Shown here: one piece after another, positions 63,448-64,000 of the stretch
How positions within the stretch are numbered: position 1 is the stretch's first letter
Layout of the letters: each line of letters starts with the position of its first letter
From: Tubulanus polymorphus
Taxonomy: Eukaryota > Animalia > Nemertea
Length of the DNA stretch: 64,000 bases
NCBI RefSeq assembly: GCF_964204645.1
Contig: NC_134031.1
Span: 2,604,001 to 2,668,000, forward strand
Reading direction: 5' to 3'
The notes under the pieces: generated by a model
Told to the model about the DNA's origin: nothing
The model's input: the letters and a program-made list of their open reading frames with translations, nothing else
The model's database searches: none
Program-made: the position numbers and the translations under genes

Positions 63448-64000
63448 CTAATAGCGATTTCCGATCACGTAAAACCTTTACTGAAAAACGTATATGCGCT
63501 CATAATTCTCAGTGGATATCGACGAATTGGATGTCGAATTGCTGGTGGACCTGAATACACAGTATATATATACGCATACATCATCTATACATGATATTTA
63601 TTTGTATTTCGGTAACTCCACCAGGAATCTGGAACGTTGAACGCACGGCGCGGCTGAACCGCCAGAGAGCTATAAAACCAATGTTCGCTGAACGTCCAAC
63701 ACCGACGCAATTTACATCAATTTAGTGTTTTTAGTGTTTTTAACTCACTGTATTCTATGTATTTCTGATCATGTTAAGCTATATTGTATTAAGTTACTCG
63801 AGTCCCCTGACTCGAGTTGGACAATCGTAAAATGAACTGAGTTTTTGTCTCGAGTGTAACGGGGGTCAGGGTCTTTAGTTTCTTCCAACGCGGCCCAAAC
63901 GCTCGGAAATTGAATAAAATAATTACAGGAATCTGAATTATGTGGGGAAAATATATCTTAATCGTTTATTGGAAGACAAGACGATCGCCAGGTTTGACTT

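Overview
AT-rich, intron-containing eukaryotic DNA from an invertebrate animal. The GT-AG introns sit largely at positions shared with vertebrates; the species cannot be determined from the sequence. Reading splice sites by hand gives six intact protein-coding genes. These are a G-protein beta subunit (+, 929-10813, 8 coding exons, 340 aa), a full-length lysyl hydroxylase/glycosyltransferase PLOD (+, 17365-28416, 20 exons, 734 aa), CTDNEP1/Dullard (-, 34849-38252, 7 exons, 242 aa), a WDR38-like WD40 protein (+, 39342-42329, 8 exons, 303 aa), OSTC/DC2 (+, 42829-43956, 4 exons, 149 aa), and an SLC35G/EamA transporter with an intronless CDS (-, 51940-53106, 388 aa). Introns and intergenic DNA carry many MITE-like elements, four minisatellites, a foldback satellite, an inverted pair of LINE remnants and an isolated DDX51-like exon fragment. 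Most entries in the ORF track are spurious or exon read-throughs. I found no convincing wholly new gene system. The best leads are: CAGGG-ended elements with 5/6-bp target duplications; the rearranged 44.4-51.1 kb block with a captured helicase exon; an RFX X-box cluster in the GNB intron; a very CpG-rich putative GNB 3' UTR of about 4.6 kb; and GNB-PLOD-CTDNEP1 linkage that mirrors a vertebrate paralogon. All coordinates and identities were read by eye and need computational confirmation.
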